DNA of 55,366 nt from the IMG/VR virus record IMGVR_UViG_3300034061_002140, positions 1 through 55,366 of that record. One strand, written 5' to 3'. The position numbers and the translations under genes were made by a program. Below, in pieces: positions 1 to 8,264 of the stretch. Under the pieces are notes generated by a model, which was given only the letters and a program-made list of their open reading frames with translations, was not told the DNA's origin and ran no database searches. How positions within the stretch are numbered: position 1 is the first letter of the stretch; the number at the start of each line of letters is the position of its first letter. The stretch comes from a virus (taxonomy: Duplodnaviria > Caudoviricetes).

Positions 1-1
1 C

Positions 2-3000
2 CTACTGGATGAGGCTCTTGCTCTCGACAGGCAAGCGATGGATGCTTGGCAGAGGACCGGCAACGTCGAAGAGTTCAACCGCCTGAATGAGCGTTCGCGT
101 GATCTGCGCAGGCAGGCAACCGCCGCAGAGAAAGCTGCGGGCACAGAGTCCTACAAGTACCAGTCGTCTCACTGGGACCAACCCAACGTCCTCGCCCACA
201 TCCGCGTCAACGACCGCACCGATGCCGATGGCAGCAAGGTGCTGTTTGTCGAGGAGCTGCAGAGCGACTGGGGGCAGGAGGGGAAGAAGAGGGGGTTTGC
301 CAGCGACTCTGACATCAAGCCTGTGTCCCGCAAGGAATACGACGCCTACGTTGACAAGCTGCTCGACGACTACATAGAGAAGGCCGTTCAAGCTGGCGAA
401 GACAGGCAGGCTGCCGGCCGTCGCGGGATCAACATGCCTTTCCCTCAGATGGCGCAGGAGCTGGGTCGCGGCGATGAGTACGCGCGCATGCGAGCAGGGC
501 GCGACCTCGACATGAATGGCGGCAGCGACAAGATCCCCGCCGCCCCCTTCGTTACCAAGACCGAAGGCTGGCTGAACCTGGCGCTCAAGCGCGTGATGGT
601 CATGGCCGCAGAAGGCGGCTACGACAAGGTGGCGTTCGTCAACGGCGAGCAGTCGGCCGAGCGGTATGACCTGAGCAAGCAGGTCAACTACATCCAATGG
701 AATACCGGCTACAACGAGGGCCGCAAACTGATCACGCTGGAGCAGGTTGGCGGCAACGAGATTGGTCTGACAGTGCAGGACGGCGTTGTCGAGGACTCGT
801 CTATCGGTGCCGACGGGAAGCCTCTTGACGAGGTTCTTGGCAAAGAGATCGCCAACAAGATCCTCGCGCAGGACTCTGGCGATTTGCGCGGCCTCGACCT
901 CAAGGTCGGCGGCGAAGGCATGAAGACCTTCTACGACACCATCGTGCCCACGGCGCTGAAGAAGCTGCTGCCGAAGCTGGGTGGTGGGCAGGTAAGTGAG
1001 GTTGGCCTAAACAATCCGTACAGGCCAAGCTGGAGTGGCAGCACTCAAGCAGAGCTGGATGCAAACCGAGCTAAAGCCGAGGCTGAATACAGCCCAGTGC
1101 TACGGCAACCCGGCTTCGACATCACCCCCGCCATGCGCGAGCGCATCGCCGGCGGCGTGCCGATGTTCAGCAACCGCGTGCTGGAAGACCGCAGCGGCTT
1201 GTCTCGTCTCTCGTACCAAGGGTATGTCAAAGCTGAAGTCCCTCGTGTGCAAGCAGCCCGCAAGATGGCTGGCATCTTGGCCAAGTTGGATGCGGGCACG
1301 ATCACACCGCAAGAGTTTGAGCTGCAGGTTCGCGTGTTGTCCGAGAGGTTGGCCGAAGTGTCGGCCACCAAGGACGTCAACCGGATTGTCAGCGAGCGTG
1401 CGCGTGGTGCTGACATCGTGCGCGAGAAACTGATCGCCGCGCGTCGTCGCGGAGAGATTGAATCGGACACCGCAGAGTTTGCCCTGTGGGCGCTGCAGCA
1501 GAACCCAGCGCTTGCCGAAGGCCTTGGCATCTCGGTGCGCGCGCAACCCGAGCGCGGTGTGGCGGGCGACTACAACCCTGCTTCCGCAATCATGCGGGTG
1601 TTCAAAGGCTCCGCCAACACAGGCACAGCAGTCCACGAGATTCTGCACCACACCGAGCGCATGATGCCTGCCGAGGTGCAGACCGGCATCCGCAAGGAGT
1701 GGTCAAAGGCCTATTTCAAGGCGCTGAAGAACGCCGAGCCCAAGCAACGTGCGGCGCTTGAGAAGATGCTTGAGGCAATGGCTGGCGACCCGAAGGCTCA
1801 GACCGCTGTGCGCGATGCGTTTGCTGACGGCACGCTCAAGGCAGAGGTCCACTACCAACTGGTCAACCCCAGCGAGTTCTGGGCTGTCAACGCCACCGAC
1901 ATCCTGCGGCGTCGCTACGAGGCGGGCTCATGGATCGGCAAGGCCAAGCAGTGGCTGAGCGAGATGGTGCAGAAGGCCAGAAGCTTTGTGGGCATGCGCT
2001 CTAACGCGGCGGTCCTGCGTGCTTTGGATGGGGTGCTCAAGGGTGACGGCAAGTTCCAGGTGCGCAGCATGCTTGAGGACATGATGGGCACCTTTAACAG
2101 CCTTGTGCGCCCGGCGGTGCCTGAAGAAACTGAGATCAGCACGCAGAACCCGCAGGCGAAAAACCGCCTGTACAACCCCATCGACGACATGCTGTCGATC
2201 GATGAGGCGGCGGTGCGCGAAGCCATGGCGCTGCCGGTCAAGTCGGGCAAGACGCCGCTGGCTGAAAGCATTACCAACGCGATCTTGGGCTACGGCTTCG
2301 TCCCTCGTGACACGCCCCGCGACCAAGTCATCGAGGTCTACAAGCAGAGCATCGTCAGCAACCTGATGTACCTGTTTGGCAAGGTGCCCAGGAACATCCG
2401 CGAGCGCAGCAAGCTCTGGTACGACGGCGCGAACCGCATCGCCACCGACATGGGCAAGGCGTACGGCGTGAAGATGGAGCAGGTCGCCGGCATCATGGCG
2501 GCGATGTCCCCGCAGAAGGACTGGTTCCAGAACGTGTCCATGGCCGAGCGCGCCCTCGACATCCTGACGGGCCAGGGGAACGCGGCGTGGGACGACAACA
2601 TGCTCGCCTACGCCAAGAGCTACGTCGAAGAAACGCGTGACCGCAAGGAGCGTGAAAAGCGGCAGAAGGCCTACGACAGGGCGGAGCAGGTTGCCAAAGC
2701 CGGCACCGTCCTCGACGACATGAGCCCCGAAGATGCCGCGGTTTTCATCCGGTCCTACGACGAGGCCTACCACTCGCGCCAATACCGCATCGTCACCCCG
2801 GAAGGTGGGTTCGGCGACTTGGTGCGCAACGCCGACGGCACACCGTCCACGATGATGTGGTCGACCTACGACCCGATCGAAAAGTCGGTCAGCATCTTCC
2901 GCGACGGCAGCCGCAAGAACATCAGCGAGCAGCTCGGGGAAGAGCACAAGATCCGCTCGTTCTACAACAACATCGCCGCCCCCAACAGCCCGATCTCTCA

Positions 3001-5308
3001 CGTCACCATCGACACCCACGCCGTGGCTGCCGGCCACTTTGAGGCCCTAGCAGGTACGGACAAGGAAGTCACCGACAACTTTGGCGGCACGGGCGGATCG
3101 TCGCTGTTGGGGGTGGGTGGCACCTACGGCATCGTGGCCGATGCCTACCGCACTGCGGCCAAGATGGCTGGAGTTTCAGCCCGCGAGATGCAGTCGATCA
3201 CGTGGGAGGCGGTGCGCGGGCTGTTCGGCGAGAACATCAAGAGCTCCATCAAGCCCAAGGTGCGGGAGGTTTGGAGCCAGTTCCGCGACGGCAAGCTGTC
3301 GTTTGCCGCTGCCCGCCGCGCCATCGTCAAGATCGCCGAAGGCTACAACAAGACCAAGGGCGGGATTCTGAACCCCGATTGGGTCGGCTCTGGCCCAGGC
3401 CAAGCCGTTGCCGACGGTGGCACCAGCTACGACAAGAGCTTTGTGCCGGAGGGCGGTGTGCGCCTGCGCGAGAGCAAGGAGCTGCGCGAGAAGGTCACGA
3501 TCAACCTGTCTGCGGCCACGAGCTCCATCCCCGGCTTGAAGGAGCTCTACGCCCGGGCGATGAGTGGTGAGGCCGAGGCCGGCCAACTGTTGCAGCAGGT
3601 CGCGGAGAGCTCACTGCGGTTCCTGCTGGGCGGCACCAAGGCCCGCCTTGTCGTTGCCCCATCCACTGGTGTGTACATGTCGGACCGGGAGCCGTCGATC
3701 TCGATCCAGGTTGCGTTCGACGAGTCCGAGAGCAAGCCCGTGCTGGCCGCCCTGGCCACGTTTGCGGACAGCTACAACCAGCAGCAGATCCACGTCCGCG
3801 CCCCCACCGCGCAGCCGGTGGGCCATGACTTCGGCGACGGCTCCTACGCCACGCCGGTCTACGAGATCGATCTGCAGCGCGAACTCTCGGCGGATGATGT
3901 TTCCGCTATCATTGCTGACACCGGTCTCCTGGGGTTCACCGTCACCCCAAAGACGTTGACCGCGTACTGGGTCCGACCCACCGACAAGGCGCAACATGCC
4001 GACGACTTCAAAACCTTTAGAACCCGGATCGCCCGAGTACAAGAGCTGGCTGGCGAAAGAGGTGGCCGACCTAAATACCGAGTTGAACGCCTATACGCCT
4101 ACGGCGAAGGAGATGGCGCAGGAATCCCGTACTCGGCAATCCGTGGCGACGTTCGTACCAAGGCCGACGCAGACACCGAAACCCCGCGACTGATCGCGGA
4201 GTACCTGAACAAGGGTCCGATCAAGACCTTTGCGCAGAAGCCGCTGACCGCGGCGCAAGTCAAAGAACAGAAGCAGCTCGCCCAAGTCTTCGAGGCGCTG
4301 CCCACCAACGATCTTGCTCGGCCGGTGGTGCAGCAGGCCTACACCGCACTGACCACTGCGCTCAAGGAGCAGTTCCAGGTTCTGCCGATCAAGGTCGAGG
4401 TGATGGCTTCGGTCGAGGTCGATGGCAAAGCTTACCCGTACTGGGGTCCAAAGTCGCAGACCTTGGTAGGCAAGCTGGTCAACGACGGCATGACGGCCGA
4501 CCAGGCGCGGCGGGCCGTGCAGTATCTCCAGCGCAACTACGGCTCGCCGTCAAAGAGTTGGCGCACGGGACCACTTGCCGCGATCAAGGCGATGGACGGA
4601 GAGCCTTACGCGAACAGCACCGCAATGCGACGCGACGTCAGCGTCAACAACCGGTTCCGCGTCTACAAAACATCGCCGTCCACGTTTGGCCCTCCAGGTA
4701 GCGACTTCTCCGGCCACCCCCTGCTCCAGGAGTCTGGCCTGAAAGACGTCAACGGCTACCCGATGCTGTACAACGACGCGCTGCGGGCGGTGCACGACTA
4801 CTTTGCACACAACCTGTCGGCAGCGCAGTTCGGTCCAACTGGCGAGGCCGCAGCCTGGCGCAACCACATGGCCAGCACGTCGGATCCGCTTGCTCGGTGG
4901 GCGCTGACCGCAGAAACGCGGCTGCAAAACGCATGGCAGAACTTCCGCCCTGGCGTTGAAGATCTGTCGCTGGTGAAACGGGGCTTTGCCGAGCAGAAGG
5001 CCGCGTTGCCCCCAGTCCAGTACACGCTGACGGGCGACGCCGCGGTGGACGCGCCAATGCAAGCGTTCATCGACGGCCTTGCAGCCGACGAGCGCAGAGG
5101 CAGCCTGCCTGCCGATACATCGATCAAAGGCGTGAAGTTCAGCCCCTCCAACCGCGCCGCTCCCGAGATGGCTGCGTCCGCGCCCGCAGGCCCCGTGTCC
5201 GTCATCCTGGGCGGCCGAACCATGCGCGTGGCTGACCCAGCTATTGCCATTGAAAAGCTCGACGCTAAAATCAACCGTTACTCGGAGCTGCTGAAATGCC
5301 TGCAATGA
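2..5308 (+). CDS. Giant multidomain internal virion/ejection ('polyvalent') protein, 5'-truncated
   Basis: Frame is open from position 2 (LLDEALALDRQAM...). Motifs: SHW..NVLAHIRVNDR..VLFVEELQSDW; zincin-like HEILHH (nt 1634-1651) with downstream SEFWA; WY..AMSPQKDW..KIRSFYNNI..VTIDTHA..MQSITW block; RAVHDYFAH..GE..AW..H..ETRLQN..FAEQK block. Confidence 0.8.
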   Translation, partial: LLDEALALDRQAMDAWQRTGNVEEFNRLNERSRDLRRQATAAEKAAGTESYKYQSSHWDQPNVLAHIRVNDRTDADGSKVLFVEELQSDWGQEGKKRGFASDSDIKPVSRKEYDAYVDKLLDDYIEKAVQAGEDRQAAGRRGINMPFPQMAQELGRGDEYARMRAGRDLDMNGGSDKIPAAPFVTKTEGWLNLALKRVMVMAAEGGYDKVAFVNGEQSAERYDLSKQVNYIQWNTGYNEGRKLITLEQVGGNEIGLTVQDGVVEDSSIGADGKPLDEVLGKEIANKILAQDSGDLRGLDLKVGGEGMKTFYDTIVPTALKKLLPKLGGGQVSEVGLNNPYRPSWSGSTQAELDANRAKAEAEYSPVLRQPGFDITPAMRERIAGGVPMFSNRVLEDRSGLSRLSYQGYVKAEVPRVQAARKMAGILAKLDAGTITPQEFELQVRVLSERLAEVSATKDVNRIVSERARGADIVREKLIAARRRGEIESDTAEFALWALQQNPALAEGLGISVRAQPERGVAGDYNPASAIMRVFKGSANTGTAVHEILHHTERMMPAEVQTGIRKEWSKAYFKALKNAEPKQRAALEKMLEAMAGDPKAQTAVRDAFADGTLKAEVHYQLVNPSEFWAVNATDILRRRYEAGSWIGKAKQWLSEMVQKARSFVGMRSNAAVLRALDGVLKGDGKFQVRSMLEDMMGTFNSLVRPAVPEETEISTQNPQAKNRLYNPIDDMLSIDEAAVREAMALPVKSGKTPLAESITNAILGYGFVPRDTPRDQVIEVYKQSIVSNLMYLFGKVPRNIRERSKLWYDGANRIATDMGKAYGVKMEQVAGIMAAMSPQKDWFQNVSMAERALDILTGQGNAAWDDNMLAYAKSYVEETRDRKEREKRQKAYDRAEQVAKAGTVLDDMSPEDAAVFIRSYDEAYHSRQYRIVTPEGGFGDLVRNADGTPSTMMWSTYDPIEKSVSIFRDGSRKNISEQLGEEHKIRSFYNNIAAPNSPISHVTIDTHAVAAGHFEALAGTDKEVTDNFGGTGGSSLLGVGGTYGIVADAYRTAAKMAGVSAREMQSITWEAVRGLFGENIKSSIKPKVREVWSQFRDGKLSFAAARRAIVKIAEGYNKTKGGILNPDWVGSGPGQAVADGGTSYDKSFVPEGGVRLRESKELREKVTINLSAATSSIPGLKELYARAMSGEAEAGQLLQQVAESSLRFLLGGTKARLVVAPSTGVYMSDREPSISIQVAFDESESKPVLAALATFADSYNQQQIHVRAPTAQPVGHDFGDGSYATPVYEIDLQRELSADDVSAIIADTGLLGFTVTPKTLTAYWVRPTDKAQHADDFKTFRTRIARVQELAGERGGRPKYRVERLYAYGEGDGAGIPYSAIRGDVRTKADADTETPRLIAEYLNKGPIKTFAQKPLTAAQVKEQKQLAQVFEALPTNDLARPVVQQAYTALTTALKEQFQVLPIKVEVMASVEVDGKAYPYWGPKSQTLVGKLVNDGMTADQARRAVQYLQRNYGSPSKSWRTGPLAAIKAMDGEPYANSTAMRRDVSVNNRFRVYKTSPSTFGPPGSDFSGHPLLQESGLKDVNGYPMLYNDALRAVHDYFAHNLSAAQFGPTGEAAAWRNHMASTSDPLARWALTAETRLQNAWQNFRPGVEDLSLVKRGFAEQKAALPPVQYTLTGDAAVDAPMQAFIDGLAADERRGSLPADTSIKGVKFSPSNRAAPEMAASAPAGPVSVILGGRTMRVADPAIAIEKLDAKINRYSELLKCLQ

Positions 5309-5808
5309 AGTCAAGTGAATGGGCATCTCTGGCCAACGAGATCGGCGGCACCTTTGAAGGCGAGGGGACCGAGCAGATGTCGATGGATGCCGCGATGCGC
5401 CTGCTGGAGGACGGCAAGCGCAGCATGCAGGCGCTCATGTCTCAGGTTGAGTCGGCCATCACTGCTGCCGAGGAAGCAAAGCAGCAGAACCTGCAGCTTG
5501 TGATGTCGAAGGTCGACATGGCTGTGGCGTCAGCGGAGGAGGCCAAGAAGAAGGCCATGCCAAAGTTCGACGTCTCCTCGGTGGCCGAGGCGGTGCGCGC
5601 CAACCAGGTCAACTTCGACGCGCTGATCAAGGCCGTGCAGAACCTGAAGCTGCAGGTGAATCAAGCCGCCCCGAATATCACAATGCCAAAGATCGACATC
5701 CCGACGCCTGTCGTCAACGTCGAGATGCCCCGGCCCAAAGGCTGGAGATTCGAGTTCGTACGGGGCAAGGATGGCCTCGTCGAGTCCATCCGAGCAACAC
5801 CCGAGTAA
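5305..5808 (+). CDS. Hypothetical protein (coiled-coil, Pro-rich linker, C-terminal WRFEFVRGKDGLVESI motif)
   Basis: ATGA overlap with upstream stop at 5305-5308; GC-rich codon usage. Confidence 0.75.
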   Translation: MKSSEWASLANEIGGTFEGEGTEQMSMDAAMRLLEDGKRSMQALMSQVESAITAAEEAKQQNLQLVMSKVDMAVASAEEAKKKAMPKFDVSSVAEAVRANQVNFDALIKAVQNLKLQVNQAAPNITMPKIDIPTPVVNVEMPRPKGWRFEFVRGKDGLVESIRATPE

Positions 5809-5821
5809 GGAGTAGTTCCCA

Positions 5822-6223
5822 ATGCCTAACGCCCTGTACCCCAAGTGGAAGGAAGCCCTGATTCAACAATCAGCCAACTGCGCTCTGACTGGCACGGTTC
5901 GGGCCGCGCTGGTGGACACCGGCACGTACACCTACAACGCCGCGCATGAGTTTCTGACCAGCCTGACGGGCGTGGTCGGCACGGCGCAGACCATCGGTGC
6001 GACCAAGACCTACACCAACGGCGTGTTCGACGGTGGTGACGTGACTTTCTCGGCCGTGACGGGCAACACCGCCGAGGCGCTGGTGCTCTACATCGACACC
6101 GGCACGGCAGGCACGTCGCGCCTGGTGGCGTTCATCGACACCGGCGTCACCGGACTGCCGGTCACGCCCAACGGTGGCGACATCAATACGACCTGGAACG
6201 CGAGCGGCATCTTCGCACTCTAA
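5822..6223 (+). CDS. Putative virion structural protein (beta-rich)
   Basis: RBS AAGGAG; Thr/Gly-rich; motifs GVFDGGDVTF, RLVAFID, GLPVTPNGGDI..WNASGIF resemble small phage structural proteins. Confidence 0.75.
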   Translation: MPNALYPKWKEALIQQSANCALTGTVRAALVDTGTYTYNAAHEFLTSLTGVVGTAQTIGATKTYTNGVFDGGDVTFSAVTGNTAEALVLYIDTGTAGTSRLVAFIDTGVTGLPVTPNGGDINTTWNASGIFAL

Positions 6224-6234
6224 AGAGGTAGGCC

Positions 6235-6441
6235 ATGAGCGTCACCGTCGGACCCAGCGACATCGGCACGCGGCGCACGGACGCCGATGTGGTCGATGGC
6301 GTTGTGCAGTTCGCTGCCGTGGTCGATACGGGCAACGGCCAAGGTTACGTGCAGGTCCACACCGACTGGCAGACACCGGCAACGCTGCGCGACTATGCGG
6401 CACGGATCAACGCAGCCGCTGACTGGCTGGAGGCAAACTGA
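6235..6441 (+). CDS. Hypothetical protein
   Basis: RBS GAGGT; stop overlaps next start (TGATG). Confidence 0.65.
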   Translation: MSVTVGPSDIGTRRTDADVVDGVVQFAAVVDTGNGQGYVQVHTDWQTPATLRDYAARINAAADWLEAN

Positions 6442-7238
6442 TGGCAATCACCACACTCGACGGGCTCATTGCTGCTGCCAAGCAGCGGGTGCCGATCAAG
6501 AAGACCGCCACGCGCACCACGGTGGCCAACGGCTGGTTCAGCCTGTTCGACATTGCGGGCAATCCTGGCGCTGGCACGCTCGCGGGCACCAGCACCACCA
6601 CGGGTGTTGTCCCAAATGACACCACGGCGGGCGTGCCCCTGATCGATGCCTTTGGCGGAGGAAACACTGGCTACCTGCAAAACGTCGAGTTCGCCTCGAC
6701 GGTGGCCTGTCGCCTGATGATTTACGACCTGCTGTGGAAGGGCGGGGCGTATGCCTTCAACGCCAGCACCACCGGGCAGACGCCAGCGAGCTACAGCGCC
6801 CGCGTGCCTGGCGGCACCGATTTCACCAACACCGAGATTTGGGTCGAGCAGGTGACGGCGGCCACTGGCAACCAGGCCGTGAACGTCACCTACACCAACC
6901 AGTCAGGCACCACGGGCCGGTCTACGGGTGCGGTGGGTATCGGTGCGGCGCCGACCGTGGGCCGGATGTGGCAGCTTCCGCTGGCGGCTGGTGACACGGG
7001 TGTGCAGGGCGTCACGGGCGTGGCGGGCACGGTGGCGACAGTTGGCACCTTCAACGTGCTGGTGATCCGCCCGCTGTGGTCAGGCCGGGTGATTGCGGCC
7101 AACTTTGGTGACCTGCACGACTACATGCGGGTGGGCCTGCCGCGCATGTTCGACACCTCGGCGTTGGCGGTGTGTGTCAACGCTGACGGCACATCGAGCG
7201 GCCTGCCTGAGCTGATGCTGACCATCGCCAACGGGTAA
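6441..7238 (+). CDS. Putative virion structural protein (Thr/Gly-rich, beta-rich)
   Basis: 265 aa, coupled to upstream gene; composition typical of structural/fibre proteins. Confidence 0.7.
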   Translation: MAITTLDGLIAAAKQRVPIKKTATRTTVANGWFSLFDIAGNPGAGTLAGTSTTTGVVPNDTTAGVPLIDAFGGGNTGYLQNVEFASTVACRLMIYDLLWKGGAYAFNASTTGQTPASYSARVPGGTDFTNTEIWVEQVTAATGNQAVNVTYTNQSGTTGRSTGAVGIGAAPTVGRMWQLPLAAGDTGVQGVTGVAGTVATVGTFNVLVIRPLWSGRVIAANFGDLHDYMRVGLPRMFDTSALAVCVNADGTSSGLPELMLTIANG

Positions 7239-7241
7239 GTC

Positions 7242-8264
7242 ATGGCCGCGCCCAACCTCGGCCAAGGCATTGACCGGGGCAACTACCGGCGCCGCAACGG
7301 CATTACGCCGCCTGCGGTGCAGGGCAAGGCTGCGGGCGCCGTTGCGCAGACGGTCTTCTTTGAGGCGGTCACCGCCGGCGCGGTGACGCTTCAGCCGTCC
7401 AGGCTCGACAACGTCAATCAGTTCTTCGGCACGACCGTCGCGCCCGGCGCCGTCTCACTGGCCGCGCCGCTGCTTGCGAACAGCCAGACGTTCTACGCGC
7501 CCACGGTGTCCCTGGTCGGCGGCGCCACACAGACACTGACGGCCAGCCGCTACGACAATGCGCAGACGTTTTTCGCCGCAGCGGTAGCACCCGGCGCGGT
7601 GGCGCTGTCGCCCGTCAGGTACGACAGCGCTCAGACCTTCTACGGCCCGACCGTCACGCGGGGCGCCGTCACCCTTAGCGCCACGCGCTACGACAACGCT
7701 CAGAGCTTCCTTGCGCCTACGCTGACCACGGGCGCGGTCACGCTCACGGCGTCCAGGTTCGACAACGCACAGACGTTCTTTGCGCCCACGGTCGGGCGCG
7801 GTGCGGTCACCTTGTCGGCTGCACGGTACGACAACACGCAGGCGTTCTACAGCCCCAGCGTGGCGTCTGGTGCGGTCACGCTGGCGGCGCCGCTGCTGAC
7901 CAACGTCAACGCTTTCCCTGCGGCCACCGTCACGACTGGTGTCGTCACGCTGCAGCCTAGTCTGCTGATCAACGGCAGCCAGTTCTTCAGCGCGACGGTG
8001 GGTGCGCGCAGCGAGCCCTTCGGCCCGCCCGACTGGAAGTACCGGGTCAACACAGGCGGTGGGCCCATTGGGTCCATGGGCCCGTTCACGGTGCAGCGCA
8101 AGCGCAGGCGGCCACTGCCTGTCGACCAGCAGCAGGAAGACGCACAACCAACGGCCGACCCGTGGGACCAGCAGTTCCGCGAGATCGCCCTGGCCGAGGA
8201 CGCTGAAATCAGCGAGTTCCTCTTCGGCCTTGTCTCATCAGGAGTTCTGGATGGCCACGTATAG
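7242..8264 (+). CDS. Tandem-repeat protein, putative fibre/spike
   Basis: About nine 23-aa repeats (AVTLxxxRYDNAQTFFAPTVxxG), then GGG, a basic patch (RKRRR) and an acidic/hydrophobic C-terminus. Confidence 0.75.
   Translation: MAAPNLGQGIDRGNYRRRNGITPPAVQGKAAGAVAQTVFFEAVTAGAVTLQPSRLDNVNQFFGTTVAPGAVSLAAPLLANSQTFYAPTVSLVGGATQTLTASRYDNAQTFFAAAVAPGAVALSPVRYDSAQTFYGPTVTRGAVTLSATRYDNAQSFLAPTLTTGAVTLTASRFDNAQTFFAPTVGRGAVTLSAARYDNTQAFYSPSVASGAVTLAAPLLTNVNAFPAATVTTGVVTLQPSLLINGSQFFSATVGARSEPFGPPDWKYRVNTGGGPIGSMGPFTVQRKRRRPLPVDQQQEDAQPTADPWDQQFREIALAEDAEISEFLFGLVSSGVLDGHV
7380..8003 (+). repeat. Coding tandem repeat, ~69-nt unit x ~9
   Basis: Recurrent TACGACAAYGCNCAGACNTTC / GCGGTCAC units visible in DNA and protein. 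Confidence 0.8.

Noticed and set aside
8002-8250. Long N-terminal extensions given by the ORF track (also 11365, 17914, 19056, 21016, 26083, 46802)
   Set aside because: They overlap upstream genes or the origin; internal starts with RBS or stop-start coupling fit better
5296-8264. Intron or intein splitting a single giant gene
   Set aside because: No splicing or homing-endonuclease motifs; the upstream gene has a normal stop and the downstream gene has its own RBS and start
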